Below are positions 37,394 through 49,189 of a stretch of 64,000 nucleotides of DNA, piece by piece. A program made the translations under genes and the position numbers. Source of the stretch: a virus; the IMG/VR virus record IMGVR_UViG_3300042350_001802, positions 1 through 64,000 of that record; one strand, given 5' to 3'. Positions within the stretch are counted from its first letter, which is position 1; each line of letters opens with the position of its first letter. The notes beneath the pieces are model-generated. The model made no database searches. It was not told where the DNA came from and worked only from the letters and a program-made list of their open reading frames with translations.

Positions 37394-37926
37394 TGGCAGA
37401 TAATAAATTATATCTACATAATATTGATTTAGCAACAAATCAGTTGTTAAATGCTAGAATGCAACCAGTTACAACTGGAGTGAGAAATGCTCTTGCTAGC
37501 AATTATAACTCAGGAGATGAAGGCATTCTAGTTTATGATATTGATTTAGATGCTTTTTTTGTATGGGATGGAAATCAGTGGGTACAGGTAACACTAACTC
37601 CTATTCAGATAGCTCAGTTACAAGCTGCTTATGATAATATTATAACAGGAATAACGGTAAGTCCGATTAATCCTGAGCAAGCGATGATTACGCTTAGTAA
37701 GCTTAATGCTGTTCCTATCACATACACTTATGAGCGTGCTTATATTCATAATCAAACATCACCAGCTTCTACATGGACAGTAGCACATAATTTAAATAAG
37801 TATCCATCAGTTTCTGTAGTGGATAGTGCATATGAAGAAGTGATAGGTGAGGTGGAATACTTAACCCCAAATACACTAGAGGTTAGATTTACAGCACCTT
37901 TTAGTGGACAAGCATATATAAATTAA
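37393..37926 (+). CDS. Tail/fibre-associated protein
   Basis: WTVAHNLNKYPSV domain paralogous to the previous gene. Confidence 0.65.
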   Translation: MADNKLYLHNIDLATNQLLNARMQPVTTGVRNALASNYNSGDEGILVYDIDLDAFFVWDGNQWVQVTLTPIQIAQLQAAYDNIITGITVSPINPEQAMITLSKLNAVPITYTYERAYIHNQTSPASTWTVAHNLNKYPSVSVVDSAYEEVIGEVEYLTPNTLEVRFTAPFSGQAYIN

Positions 37927-37937
37927 AAATATTCGTC

Positions 37938-39155
37938 ATGTCAAAAAGAGTCTTAACCAGTCTCGACTTTGCGAAAAATCAGATACTGAACGTAGCTCTA
38001 CAAAATCTACCTTCACCTCCTGGTTCTCCTGTCGCAGGTCAGATATATTATGATACAACAGATTTTCGTGTATACTTCTGGGATGGTTCATCCTGGATAG
38101 ATATGTCAGGAGATATCCGTGATGTTATTGGAGGAGCAGGTATTACAACAACCACTGTAGGAGATGTCGTTACAGTGGATGTAAACGTAGACAATGTTAC
38201 CATCGAAGTAGATGGTAGTGATAATCTACGAATTAAAGATCTTGGTGTAAGTACAGCAAAACTTGCTGACTCTGCAGTTACAACTATTAAGATTAATGCT
38301 AACGCAGTAACATATGATAAGATCCAGCAAGTTGGGTCTATGAAAGTGTTAGCAAACCTTACAGGTTCAACAGCTAACGTAGCTGAGTTTGATGTTTTAA
38401 CAGATATATCTACAGGAGCTAGTAATACAAATCTAGGTACAGCGCTTGCTGTTAAAAACTATGTAGATAATGCGATAGCAGGTATTGGTATTTTACAGGG
38501 TGGATGGGACGCATCTAGCGGTGCGTTTCCCTCAGCTCCTGGTGGTACAATGAAGGGTGACTACTGGTATGTTACAGTTGCAGGTACTTGTTTTGGACTA
38601 GTATTTAATGTAGGAGATGTAATTATTGCAGCTATAAACAGTGCATCAACAACCAATCCTAACGACTGGATAGCACTTGAAGTTAACCGTGATCAAGCTA
38701 CTGAAACAGTTCTTGGTATTATTAAGCTTGCAACACAAGCACTTACAGATGCAGGTACAGATGACCTCACTGCTGTCACTCCTTTAAAGCTAGCAGGACG
38801 TACAGCAACTGAGACACGTACTGGTATAGCAGAAATTGCTACACAAACAGAAGTTAATGCTGGTCTTGACGATAGTAGAATTGTAACTCCTTTAAAACTT
38901 GTTACATATTTAGCTACGTTTGCAGGTGGATATAAAGCAACCATAAATGTTACTGCAGCAGGTACATATACAGTGACACACAACTTAAATAACTTAGATG
39001 TTCAAGTTGAGGTGTACAGAGAGTCTACGGGTGAAACAGTGATATGTGACGTAGCTCGTATTACAGTGAATGATATTAATCTTACATTCTCATGGGATGC
39101 TTCTGTAGCAGCTTCCATGACTGGTAACTATCGTGTACTTGTTAAAGAACAATAA
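37938..39155 (+). CDS. Tail fibre protein
   Basis: ATETRTGIAEIAT / VTPLKL fibre repeats, C-terminal HNL domain. Confidence 0.8.
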   Translation: MSKRVLTSLDFAKNQILNVALQNLPSPPGSPVAGQIYYDTTDFRVYFWDGSSWIDMSGDIRDVIGGAGITTTTVGDVVTVDVNVDNVTIEVDGSDNLRIKDLGVSTAKLADSAVTTIKINANAVTYDKIQQVGSMKVLANLTGSTANVAEFDVLTDISTGASNTNLGTALAVKNYVDNAIAGIGILQGGWDASSGAFPSAPGGTMKGDYWYVTVAGTCFGLVFNVGDVIIAAINSASTTNPNDWIALEVNRDQATETVLGIIKLATQALTDAGTDDLTAVTPLKLAGRTATETRTGIAEIATQTEVNAGLDDSRIVTPLKLVTYLATFAGGYKATINVTAAGTYTVTHNLNNLDVQVEVYRESTGETVICDVARITVNDINLTFSWDASVAASMTGNYRVLVKEQ

Positions 39156-39157
39156 TA

Positions 39158-42100
39158 ATGAAGTTTGTAACCGACATACTAGCAAAAGCAAATCTAGTTG
39201 TCGATGGTAGCGTCATACTGAATACTACACCTAATGCTATCGTTGATACAGATAAGTTTTTGGTTCAAGATGGAGCAACCATTAAGTACCGTACAGGAGC
39301 AGAAGTGCTTTCTGATATTGGTGCTCAGGGTGCTATCACTCTCACTGTTATAGGAAATAGTGGTCCAGCTACTCTGATAGGTAATGGACTAAATATTCCT
39401 ACATATTCTTTATCAGGACTCGGAGGGGTTCCTCTCACTCGTACTCTTACAATAAACGGAACTAGTTACGATCTTAGTTTTGATAGAACCTGGTCAGTAG
39501 GTACTGTCACTAGTGTTGATATGTCCGTACCTACAGGATTTACTATATCTGGTAATCCTATTACAACCACTGGTACTTTAGCATTAGCTTTTGCATCGGG
39601 ATATGCACTTCCAACTGTAGCATCTCAGCTTAACTGGAATAGTGCGTATAATAATATGATCACTGCAATCTCCTATAATACATCAACAGGGGATGTTACA
39701 CTTACACAACAGGATCTTGGGACACTTAGTGCTACTATTACATTACAACCTTTTACTACTACAAACCTTGCAGAGGGAACTAATCTCTACTACACGGACG
39801 CGCGCGCGAGACTAGCTTTATCAGCTGGTACAGGTATAAGTTATAATAATCTCACAGGTGTTATCACTAACTCAGACACAGGTTCTGCTCAGAATATATT
39901 TAAAAATATTGCAGTAACTGGACAGAATACTATCGTAGCAGATAGTAATAATGATACACTTACAGTGGTAGCTGGAACAGCTATTTCTATTACTACTGAT
40001 GATACTACAGATTCTATCACTATTACAAATACTCTACCTGATCAAACTGTAGTATTAACTGGAGCTGGTACAACTGTAGTTTCTGGAACCTATCCTAATT
40101 TTACAATTACATCAAATGATTCATATGGAGGAACAGTAACAAATGTTTCTGCTTTAACTATTGGAACTACTGGTACAGATTTAAGCAGTAGTGTAGTAAA
40201 TAGTACAACCACTCCAGTTATTACATTAAATGTTCCAACAGCATCTTCTGTAAATAGGGGAGCTCTTTCTGCAGCAGATTGGAGTATGTTTAATGCAAAG
40301 CAGGATGCTCTCACTCTTACTACAGTTGGTAGTTCAGGAGCGTCAACATTAATTGGAGCTACTCTTAATATTCCTGCTTATACACTTTCTGGACTTGGTG
40401 GGGTTCCTAGCACACGTACAATTAATGGTTTAGCTCTTTCTTCTGATCAAACATTTGCTACTGGAACAACGGGTACAGACTTTAATATTGTAAGTGCAGG
40501 TACTGTTCATACATTTAATATTCCTGATGCGTCTTCTACAGCTAGAGGACTAATTAACGATATTTCACAAACTATTAATGGTACAAAAACTTTCTTAAAC
40601 TCTCCTGTAGTTCCTTCTTTGTTTTTAACAAACATGGGAGCAGGAAGTGGGGCTGTTTATTATGATGTTCCAGATAATCGTTTAACACTTGCTAACTATA
40701 ATGTAGGTGGTGAGATTAAGTTTGAGGTGAATGGTGGTGTGTACACAATGACTCTAAATAGTGACCTCACTATTGAGTTAATGGGATATACAACTAATGG
40801 ATTCCTTAAAACATCCGGATCTAATGGTTTATTAGTAGTAGATACTACATCTTACACTCCAACTACTAGAACTCTTACTATAAATGGTGTTGCTCATGAT
40901 TTGTCAGCAGATAGATCATGGTCTGTTGGAACAGTAACATCTGTTGGACTTTCAGTTCCTACAGGATTTAGTGTTGCAAGTTCTCCAGTTACTACATCTG
41001 GAACTATAGCTTTAAGTTTTGCTTCTGGGTATAGTCTTCCCACAAATGCTTCTCAGTCCAATTGGGATGCAGCATATACTGGAAGAATAGATTCTTTGAC
41101 AACTACAGGAACAAGTGGTGCTGCAACCTTTGTAGCAAACGTTCTTAATATCCCTCAGTATCAAGCTCAGGGTAACTATATCACTTCTCTTACTGGTGAA
41201 GCTACTGGATCAGGTCCAGGTGCAACTACTGTAACTCTTACTAACTCTGCTGTAATAGGTAAGGTGCTAACAGGACTTACAGTTACTAGTGGTGCAGTGG
41301 TTGCAACAGATAGTATTTTACAAGCATTTGGAAAAGTACAAGGTCAAATCAATGCTCTTGCTGGGGGTCTTCAGTTTCAGGGTACATGGAATGCTAATAC
41401 TAACTCTCCAACGATTACATCTGGTGTTGGTACACAAGGTTATTTTTATATTGTAAATGTAGCAGGTAATACCACAATTGATGGTAATACTGGATGGCAA
41501 GTAGGTGACTGGATCTTGTTTGACGGTACAGTGTGGCAAAAGGTGGATAACACTGATGCTGTTACATCTGTTAACGGATTTACAGGAGCTGTTGTTCTTA
41601 CAACCACTAATATATCTGAGGGTACAAACCTTTATTATACTGATGCTAGAGCTAGACAAGCAATCAGTCTTACCACTACAGGATCTAGTGGAGCAGCCAC
41701 TTATAGTAATGTAACAGGTATTCTTAATATACCACAATATACATTAACAGGACTTGGTGGTGTTCCCACTTCTAGAACAATAACTATTAATGGTACAGCA
41801 CAAGACTTATCTGTTGACCGCACTTGGAACGTAGGCACTGTAACTAGTATTGCAACTACAGGTCCAATTACAGGAGGCACTATTACAGGAACTGGTACAA
41901 TTGGTATTACACAAGCTACTACATCAACTAATGGATATCTATCTAGTACAGACTGGAACACCTTTAACAATAAGCAGAATGCTATCACACTAACAACAAC
42001 AGGAAGTAGCGGATCTGCAACTTTTGTTGGTGCAACACTGAATATACCTAACTACACTTTATCTGGTTTAGGTGGTGTTCCTGATAGTAGAACTTTGACC

Positions 42101-44044
42101 ATTAATGGTACAAGTTATGATCTTACTACTAACCGTACATGGTCAGTGGGTACTGTTACATCTATCACCTTCTCAGGACCTCTTACAGGAGGAACCATTA
42201 CAGGAAGCGGTACAGTAGGAATATTACAAGCAAGCGGTTCTCAGAATGGTTTCTTGTCTTCTACTGACTGGACTACGTTTAATAACAAACAGAATACTAT
42301 TACGCTTACTACTACTGGTTCTTCTGGTGCTTCTACACTTGTAGGGGCTACTTTAAACATCCCAACTTATACTTTGTCAGGTTTAGGGGGAGTACCAACA
42401 TCAAGGACACTTACAATTAATGGTACTGCTCTTGACTTATCCGTTGATAGATCTTGGAGTGTTGGAACCGTAACTAGTGTAGCAGCTCTTACTTTAGGAA
42501 CATCGGGTACAGATTTAAATAGTTCAGTAGCTACAGGAACAACAACTCCTGTTATAACATTAAATGTACCAACTGCTTCTGCTACGAATCGCGGTGCTTT
42601 ATCATCTACCGATTGGTCAACTTTTAACAATAAGATTGGGGGTAGCGGAACAACTAATTATATATCAAAGTTTACAGCGTCTGGAACTATTGGTAATTCT
42701 CAAATATTTGATAATGGTACTACAGTTGGTATTGGAACCTTAACACCAGTAGGAACCGGATTAGAGATATTTAATGATACTATTAGTGGTAGATTAAGAT
42801 TATCTCGTGATTCAGGTCAGATTAAAGGTATTATTATTTTTGGAAGAAATAATGGAGGTTCATTTCAAGAGACAGCTAGTATAACAGGAAGAGCGGATAG
42901 CGCATCTCAAAATAATGGTACTTTAACTTTTAATACTTCTGATAGTACGGGTGCATCGGTAGTACGATTAACTTTAGAAGCTAATGGTGATGTAAGAATA
43001 GCTACAATTAATAATGCCACTATAGATACGGATAGGTTTTTAGTTAGCGATAACGGGGTTATTAAATATCGAACTGGAACCGAACTTCTTTCCGATATTG
43101 GAGCACAAGCTGCTTTAACAAATCCTGTAACTGGCACTGGAACAGCTAACTATGTAGCTAGATGGACAGGTTCTACTACTCTTAGTACAGGTACATTATA
43201 TGATACTGGATCAGCAGTTGGAATTGGTACAACAACAATGACCTCAGTATTTAACGTAACTGGATCTAATTCAGGTAGTGTTCCTCTTATAAATCTAACA
43301 GTATCAGGAAGTGGTTCATTCCAAAGAGGTGTAAGAATGCTTAATAGTGGAATGAGCACTGGTGATAGTCTTATGTATGCTGTTGGACGTTCTGATGATG
43401 CTAGAAACATGGGTCAGTTTTATTTCTATTATTCATCAGCAGGTTCTGTTTCTAACAGATTATCAATGGGACTTCATTCTGTTGATGATGTATTTAATAT
43501 ACAAGGAACTGGAGATGTTACTATTGGATCAACCACAAATACAGGATTAGCTAAACTACAAGTGACTGGAGCTATACAGCAAACATCTGTTACTTCCTCA
43601 ATGCTTAAAGTAAACTCTAATGGTGTTCTTGTAGCAGCTGTAGCAGGTACAGATTATTTAACCGCTACTAGCTCTGACTTTACATACAATGCAAGCTTGA
43701 CACTTTCTACCAGTTGGCAGAATACAGGTGTTACCTCAGCAAATCTAGGAACCAAGGGTACTTATGTTGTAACATGTTATGCAAATGACTACTCTGTTGG
43801 AGGATCACAATACATGTGCACTTACGTAGGACTTATGTTCTGGTATACAGATGGAACTAATAGTGTTGATACTATATCTGAGATAGCATTACATCATTCT
43901 GGTCATCATGATGGTGGAAGATTTATATATTTGAGAACTTTATCTACTCTTAATGCAGATGGTAAAACTTATCTACAGATTAAAGGTAACGGAACTAACT
44001 CAGGAGCATCCACTTACACATTCACATTTAAACGTCTACTATAA
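39158..44044 (+). CDS. Long repeat-rich tail fibre (1628 aa)
   Basis: Repeated LNIPxYTLSGLGGVP-RTLTING-DRTWSVGTVTS and LSSTDW-FNNKQ modules. Confidence 0.85.
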   Translation: MKFVTDILAKANLVVDGSVILNTTPNAIVDTDKFLVQDGATIKYRTGAEVLSDIGAQGAITLTVIGNSGPATLIGNGLNIPTYSLSGLGGVPLTRTLTINGTSYDLSFDRTWSVGTVTSVDMSVPTGFTISGNPITTTGTLALAFASGYALPTVASQLNWNSAYNNMITAISYNTSTGDVTLTQQDLGTLSATITLQPFTTTNLAEGTNLYYTDARARLALSAGTGISYNNLTGVITNSDTGSAQNIFKNIAVTGQNTIVADSNNDTLTVVAGTAISITTDDTTDSITITNTLPDQTVVLTGAGTTVVSGTYPNFTITSNDSYGGTVTNVSALTIGTTGTDLSSSVVNSTTTPVITLNVPTASSVNRGALSAADWSMFNAKQDALTLTTVGSSGASTLIGATLNIPAYTLSGLGGVPSTRTINGLALSSDQTFATGTTGTDFNIVSAGTVHTFNIPDASSTARGLINDISQTINGTKTFLNSPVVPSLFLTNMGAGSGAVYYDVPDNRLTLANYNVGGEIKFEVNGGVYTMTLNSDLTIELMGYTTNGFLKTSGSNGLLVVDTTSYTPTTRTLTINGVAHDLSADRSWSVGTVTSVGLSVPTGFSVASSPVTTSGTIALSFASGYSLPTNASQSNWDAAYTGRIDSLTTTGTSGAATFVANVLNIPQYQAQGNYITSLTGEATGSGPGATTVTLTNSAVIGKVLTGLTVTSGAVVATDSILQAFGKVQGQINALAGGLQFQGTWNANTNSPTITSGVGTQGYFYIVNVAGNTTIDGNTGWQVGDWILFDGTVWQKVDNTDAVTSVNGFTGAVVLTTTNISEGTNLYYTDARARQAISLTTTGSSGAATYSNVTGILNIPQYTLTGLGGVPTSRTITINGTAQDLSVDRTWNVGTVTSIATTGPITGGTITGTGTIGITQATTSTNGYLSSTDWNTFNNKQNAITLTTTGSSGSATFVGATLNIPNYTLSGLGGVPDSRTLTINGTSYDLTTNRTWSVGTVTSITFSGPLTGGTITGSGTVGILQASGSQNGFLSSTDWTTFNNKQNTITLTTTGSSGASTLVGATLNIPTYTLSGLGGVPTSRTLTINGTALDLSVDRSWSVGTVTSVAALTLGTSGTDLNSSVATGTTTPVITLNVPTASATNRGALSSTDWSTFNNKIGGSGTTNYISKFTASGTIGNSQIFDNGTTVGIGTLTPVGTGLEIFNDTISGRLRLSRDSGQIKGIIIFGRNNGGSFQETASITGRADSASQNNGTLTFNTSDSTGASVVRLTLEANGDVRIATINNATIDTDRFLVSDNGVIKYRTGTELLSDIGAQAALTNPVTGTGTANYVARWTGSTTLSTGTLYDTGSAVGIGTTTMTSVFNVTGSNSGSVPLINLTVSGSGSFQRGVRMLNSGMSTGDSLMYAVGRSDDARNMGQFYFYYSSAGSVSNRLSMGLHSVDDVFNIQGTGDVTIGSTTNTGLAKLQVTGAIQQTSVTSSMLKVNSNGVLVAAVAGTDYLTATSSDFTYNASLTLSTSWQNTGVTSANLGTKGTYVVTCYANDYSVGGSQYMCTYVGLMFWYTDGTNSVDTISEIALHHSGHHDGGRFIYLRTLSTLNADGKTYLQIKGNGTNSGASTYTFTFKRLL

Positions 44045-44047
44045 CAT

Positions 44048-47000
44048 ATGTCATTTAGAATAGACCAATTAGCAGTACTAAACTTAGCAACGGTAGGTAA
44101 CTCTATCACTGCAGGTTCGTTTGTGAGATCTGGTGGCACATCCTCTCAGTTTTTAAAAGCTGATGGATCTGTAGACTCAAGTGCTTATATCACAGGTATC
44201 ACCTCTGGTATGGTGACCACTGCTTTGGGATATACGCCAGTACCAACTACACGTACATTAACCATTAATGGAGTAGCACAAGATCTTTCTACTGATAGAA
44301 GCTGGACTATTTCTGCAGGTGTATCTTCTGTATCAGGATCTGGTGCTGGAATTTCTGTATCTCCTACAACAGGAGCAGTGGTGGTTAGTAATACGGGAGT
44401 AACATCTAATTTAGCTGGTACGGGCATCTCTGTATCAGGTGCAACGGGTGCTGTTACTATTACAAACACGGGTGTTACATCTATTGTAGCAGGAACAGGA
44501 ATATCAATTTCTGGAGCTACAGGAGCTGTAACAGTAACAAATGCTGGTGTTACATCAGTGAACGGATCTTCAGGTGCTATTACAGGTATTGCTACAACAG
44601 CTCAATTAGCAAGTTATCTTCCTTTAGCAGGTGGTACAATGACTGGAGTAATTACAACTCCAAATGGTACTCATGGTATTATAGTTGGTGATGATTCAAG
44701 ACTTGCAGATAGAAATATTGCTAATACATTATTTGTAGAGGGTGTTCAAAATAATGATAGAGGATATATAAACTTTAGTTCAACAACAGGAAATGCTCTT
44801 GGAGCAATTAATGCAGGTTCATTAACATGGAGGGGGGATGTTGTTTTAACATCTGCAAACTATAATAGTTATGCTCCCACATTAACTGGAACAGGAGCTT
44901 CTGGTAGTTGGGGGATTAGTATTACAGGTAACTCAGCAACCACTTCACAAACTAACTTTACTACCCTCACTTTAAATAGTGCAACAGTTGCAACACAAAC
45001 TTGGGTGACATCTCAGGGGTATATTACAAGTGCGTCTGTTGGAAATGGTACATTAACTCTTGCTGTAGCTGGAACTGGATTAACAGGGTCTGCTTCTTTT
45101 ACAGCAAACCAATCTGGTAATACTACATTCACTGTAACATCTAATGCTACAAGTGCAAATACAGCTTCTACAATAGTAGCTCGTGATGCATCTAGTAACT
45201 TTACTGCTAGTAGAATAACAACAAGTGGTCTTTATGGTCCTAGTACTAGTGGTGGTAATATTCCTATATGGCAGTATGATTCAGCTAATACTGGCTATGG
45301 TATTGTTTATGTAGAAGGAGCAACAGACAGTTTAAGAATTGATGTTAGTGGTCAAGCTTTAACGGGTACCCCTGATTTATTAGTTACTCCAGATACTTTA
45401 CAAATAAATGGTAATACTGTACTTCACGCAGGTAATTTTAATTCTTATGCTCCAACGCTAGCAGGAACAGGAGCTTTTGGAACCTGGTCTATAAATATCA
45501 CAGGAGATGCGGGAAGTGTGGATGGGTATAGTGCTTCTACATCAATATTAGGTACACATATTGTTGTAAGAGATCCTAATGGTTACATATTTGGTAACTA
45601 TATAAATATGACAGATGATGGTAATCCGGGAGGAGGAACAGCTATCACTTCTTTCATCACCAAACAAGGTGACAACTATTATCGTTCTGTATCTCCAACA
45701 AATGCAATGGTTTCTATAAGAAGCGTTGCATCAGGATCATGGGGTATTAATATTACTGGTACAGCTGGATCAGAAACTCTTGGTACAGTAACTGGAAGAG
45801 GAAGCAGTACAGGAACGTTCTCTACGTTTTCTGGAGGATTAAGTGTAAGTTCAAGTACATTATATTTTAGAGGTAGTAACACTGAAAGGATTCAGGGTGA
45901 AGGATGGGCAATGGGTATTTACGGGTATAATAATAACGATGGGTTTTTATTTTACCAAAGAGATACCGCAGATGCTGCTCATCCATGCTTTCATATAGGT
46001 GGCTGGAATAATGCTAGTTATGGAGGGTGGTCTAATGCAGACTCCTTAATCACATTAGTAAGAGGAGATGGTACTAATACAACAGGACCTAGTTATGCTT
46101 ATAGAGGTCTTTCTAACTCTTCTTACTATAGTAATATTGTAAAAACAGTATCTAGTACAATATTTAAAGATTCTCAGGGATTACATGAGTTTGTTGGTTC
46201 GGTTAATATAAATGGATCAGGAGTTCAACCTTTAGTATTAACTACTAACTCTAATGGACCTTGGGCATTAAATCTTTATAGATCTGATTTAGTTAGTAGT
46301 ACACGTGTTTTTAATAATGGTGGATATTGGTATTTTGAACATAGACCAATGTTTAATGGTAACTGGGCATTAGATGCAGGTAACTATAACTCTTACTCTC
46401 CAACTTTGACGGGTGGGGGAGCAAGCGGTACGTGGGGTATTAATATTACAGGTAACGCTGGATATGCATCTTCTGCAGGAAGTGCAGATGTATTAAATAC
46501 TTTCTTTTTAGGTACTGGCTCAATGAATACTAGTGCTGGTAGTTCTCGTATTTTGAGAGTAGATGGTGGTTCTGGGGCTGCTGTACAATATTCACCTTTA
46601 TTTCATGCTGCAGCAAGTGATACTATGTGGCAAATTCAAGGTACATATGGTACTTCGGGTGATGGTATTCTATATTTTAGACAAGGTTATGCGGGTAGTT
46701 GGGGGAATTGGCTTACAATGCTTTCTTCTTCTAACTTTAGTTCCTATGCTGTTCCATTAAGAACTCAGTCTAACTGGAATGATGCAACATCAGTGATAGG
46801 TAATGTAGTTGGACTATTAGCTTGGAAGGAATATCAAAATAATCACGTTATCTTTGATGCTTCTGATGGTACATCTCCAAGTGGCACTAGTATAAATAGT
46901 GTAAATTCTCAAATAGCTTGGTCTAACACATATCCAACTCTCATGGGTTGGAATGGAGCAAACACGTATGGTGTACGTGTAGATAGAGCAAGACTTGCTG

Positions 47001-47572
47001 ACAGTGCAAATTATGCTTTATCTGCAACTCAGGTGGTTAGTATTCAAGATTCTGTTCCTCCTACAGCACTTACTGGTGAATTGTGGTGGGAAAGTGATAC
47101 AGGAAGACTTAAACTTTATAACGGAATAGCAGCTGCATGGGTTGATGCTATGCCAATTCCAGATATGTCGATTTACTACCCTAAAGCGGGTGGTCCTATT
47201 TATGGGGATGTGTCAATTCAACAAACCCTTAATGTAGTAGGAAACGTTCTCATTCAGGGTTTTTTAACTGAAACCTCAGATGCATCTTTAAAGGAAAATG
47301 TAGTTTCTCTTGAAGGTTCATTAGATAAAGTAATGAAACTCAAAGGAGTATCTTTTAATAAAAAAATCACTCCACATATAAAAGAAGTTGGTTTTATTGC
47401 ACAAGAAGTGGAAGCTGTTATTCCTGAACTGGTAACAGAAACTGATCAGGGTATTAAAACAGTATCCTATTCAAGAGTTGCTGCTGTACTTGTTGAAACT
47501 ATTAAAGAACAACAAAGTCAGATTGATGAACTTAAAGACTTATTAAATAAATTAATTCTAGGAAAACTTTAA
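44048..47572 (+). CDS. Tail fibre with C-terminal peptidase S74 chaperone
   Basis: SDASLKENV...GFIAQEVE...VSY...IKEQQ. Confidence 0.88.
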   Translation: MSFRIDQLAVLNLATVGNSITAGSFVRSGGTSSQFLKADGSVDSSAYITGITSGMVTTALGYTPVPTTRTLTINGVAQDLSTDRSWTISAGVSSVSGSGAGISVSPTTGAVVVSNTGVTSNLAGTGISVSGATGAVTITNTGVTSIVAGTGISISGATGAVTVTNAGVTSVNGSSGAITGIATTAQLASYLPLAGGTMTGVITTPNGTHGIIVGDDSRLADRNIANTLFVEGVQNNDRGYINFSSTTGNALGAINAGSLTWRGDVVLTSANYNSYAPTLTGTGASGSWGISITGNSATTSQTNFTTLTLNSATVATQTWVTSQGYITSASVGNGTLTLAVAGTGLTGSASFTANQSGNTTFTVTSNATSANTASTIVARDASSNFTASRITTSGLYGPSTSGGNIPIWQYDSANTGYGIVYVEGATDSLRIDVSGQALTGTPDLLVTPDTLQINGNTVLHAGNFNSYAPTLAGTGAFGTWSINITGDAGSVDGYSASTSILGTHIVVRDPNGYIFGNYINMTDDGNPGGGTAITSFITKQGDNYYRSVSPTNAMVSIRSVASGSWGINITGTAGSETLGTVTGRGSSTGTFSTFSGGLSVSSSTLYFRGSNTERIQGEGWAMGIYGYNNNDGFLFYQRDTADAAHPCFHIGGWNNASYGGWSNADSLITLVRGDGTNTTGPSYAYRGLSNSSYYSNIVKTVSSTIFKDSQGLHEFVGSVNINGSGVQPLVLTTNSNGPWALNLYRSDLVSSTRVFNNGGYWYFEHRPMFNGNWALDAGNYNSYSPTLTGGGASGTWGINITGNAGYASSAGSADVLNTFFLGTGSMNTSAGSSRILRVDGGSGAAVQYSPLFHAAASDTMWQIQGTYGTSGDGILYFRQGYAGSWGNWLTMLSSSNFSSYAVPLRTQSNWNDATSVIGNVVGLLAWKEYQNNHVIFDASDGTSPSGTSINSVNSQIAWSNTYPTLMGWNGANTYGVRVDRARLADSANYALSATQVVSIQDSVPPTALTGELWWESDTGRLKLYNGIAAAWVDAMPIPDMSIYYPKAGGPIYGDVSIQQTLNVVGNVLIQGFLTETSDASLKENVVSLEGSLDKVMKLKGVSFNKKITPHIKEVGFIAQEVEAVIPELVTETDQGIKTVSYSRVAAVLVETIKEQQSQIDELKDLLNKLILGKL

Positions 47573-47574
47573 CT

Positions 47575-48612
47575 ATGCCCGCTACATTTACATTTCCATC
47601 ATCACCAACTATAGGAACATTGTATGTTTCTCCTGTTGGGGTTATGTATGTTTGGGATGGAACCTGGACAACATCTGGGTCAACTCAGACATCTAATCCA
47701 TTTAATAATAGCTTTTTGTATAGAACAATTTATACAAAGGGGTATATGACCGCAGGATACAAAAATAGTTCTCCATGGAGAAACGTTAATAAAACTATTC
47801 ATGCTATAGATTTAACAACCAACTTAGGAGATAAACTGGTTTATAGTAGTAGTTATATTGGTGGAGGATTTAGTGATTATACTAGTTATAATTATCCAAG
47901 TACTGGAGCTGTTCAAGGAACTGGTACTATAGTGGAAGCTATGAATATGGCTACTGAGTCAATGTTTTCTTTAGATTCAGCTAGATATCTTAAAACATCA
48001 CGTACCGACTGTGAAGCATTAATGACCCCCTCTTTAACTTCTGCATATATTGTTGGAGGTGGATCAGTAACAGTCGATAGACATAACTTTACAACAGATG
48101 TTATGTTTTCTGCTGGAACAGCTCCCAACTCTCCATTAGCTGGTGGAACAGCTGGTGGACTTGGTTCATTTTTTGGACAGTATAAAGGATGGGTATCTCA
48201 AGGAGCTGGTTCTAGTTTTACATTTGCTACAGAAACTTGGGCTACTGGTGGCATGAGTTGGGCTACAGATGGACAACCAAAGGGTTTATCTAGTAAGCAT
48301 GGTTATGGATATGGTGGAACAGGTTCATATCCTGGTTCAGTAAACTTAGGTAAGTATAGTGAAGCCACTGGATCAAATCTTGCAACTATTAGTAGAAATA
48401 AAACAAATGGTGAAGAAAACTGGCAGGTAGGACAGAACTGGGGGTATATGCTTGGTGCTTATGATGGGTCTGCTCAAAATAATGATGCTGGTAGACTTAA
48501 CTATTTAACGGATGTTTATACAGCATTGGGTAGTACCGCTGAACCAAAAGGACATGATGGTGCATCATCGGGTTGTTGTTCTACAGGTTCTGCAATGTTA
48601 GTTGGGTATTAA
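47575..48612 (+). CDS. Kelch-like beta-propeller protein with fibre-type N-terminus
   Basis: FPSSPTIG...YVWDG, then Gly-rich blades (GYMTAG, AYIVGG, GYMLG). Confidence 0.6.
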   Translation: MPATFTFPSSPTIGTLYVSPVGVMYVWDGTWTTSGSTQTSNPFNNSFLYRTIYTKGYMTAGYKNSSPWRNVNKTIHAIDLTTNLGDKLVYSSSYIGGGFSDYTSYNYPSTGAVQGTGTIVEAMNMATESMFSLDSARYLKTSRTDCEALMTPSLTSAYIVGGGSVTVDRHNFTTDVMFSAGTAPNSPLAGGTAGGLGSFFGQYKGWVSQGAGSSFTFATETWATGGMSWATDGQPKGLSSKHGYGYGGTGSYPGSVNLGKYSEATGSNLATISRNKTNGEENWQVGQNWGYMLGAYDGSAQNNDAGRLNYLTDVYTALGSTAEPKGHDGASSGCCSTGSAMLVGY

Positions 48613-48646
48613 TTAAAACTGATATATATTTGCTAATAAAAGATAT

Positions 48647-49189
48647 ATGAAATACTTTCTTATAAGATTCTATAAAGAGATCCCTACAATCGCGGGTATG
48701 ACCTCATTAAGTAGGTTTGATTCTTATGGTATATATCTACTCACTCCAGAAGCAGAAAATGAAATAACTCAACTTAACTTAAGTATGGAGGAAATTTCAG
48801 AAGATGAAGCTTTAATCGGAGCTAAGTTTTATTCTGTATCTAGAGACTACCGTAAAGCATATTCTGTTGTAGAAGGACTTGAACCAGATGAAGTGGGGGG
48901 ATCTAAAACTAAAGTGTATCATACAGAACATACAAGAGAGGTAACTCTTAGTTTGATGAAGAAGATTACAAAACTTAGAATAATTGATGAGTTTAATAGG
49001 AGAGAAGATCAGACGAATAAAGATACTATTTTAGATTCTGTCGATGCTTGCACTTCTATCTGGGATATTAATATTCTAAGAGAAGATCTTTTAGGAGTAG
49101 AAATGCCTGTTTATCAAGCTACTGAAATGGGTCTTTTTAATGAAAACGGTGTACGTATTGTACCTGTTAACTATAATAAAGGATTTTAA
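48647..49189 (+). CDS. Hypothetical protein
   Basis: 180 aa; TATATTTG upstream at 48625. Confidence 0.75.
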   Translation: MKYFLIRFYKEIPTIAGMTSLSRFDSYGIYLLTPEAENEITQLNLSMEEISEDEALIGAKFYSVSRDYRKAYSVVEGLEPDEVGGSKTKVYHTEHTREVTLSLMKKITKLRIIDEFNRREDQTNKDTILDSVDACTSIWDINILREDLLGVEMPVYQATEMGLFNENGVRIVPVNYNKGF

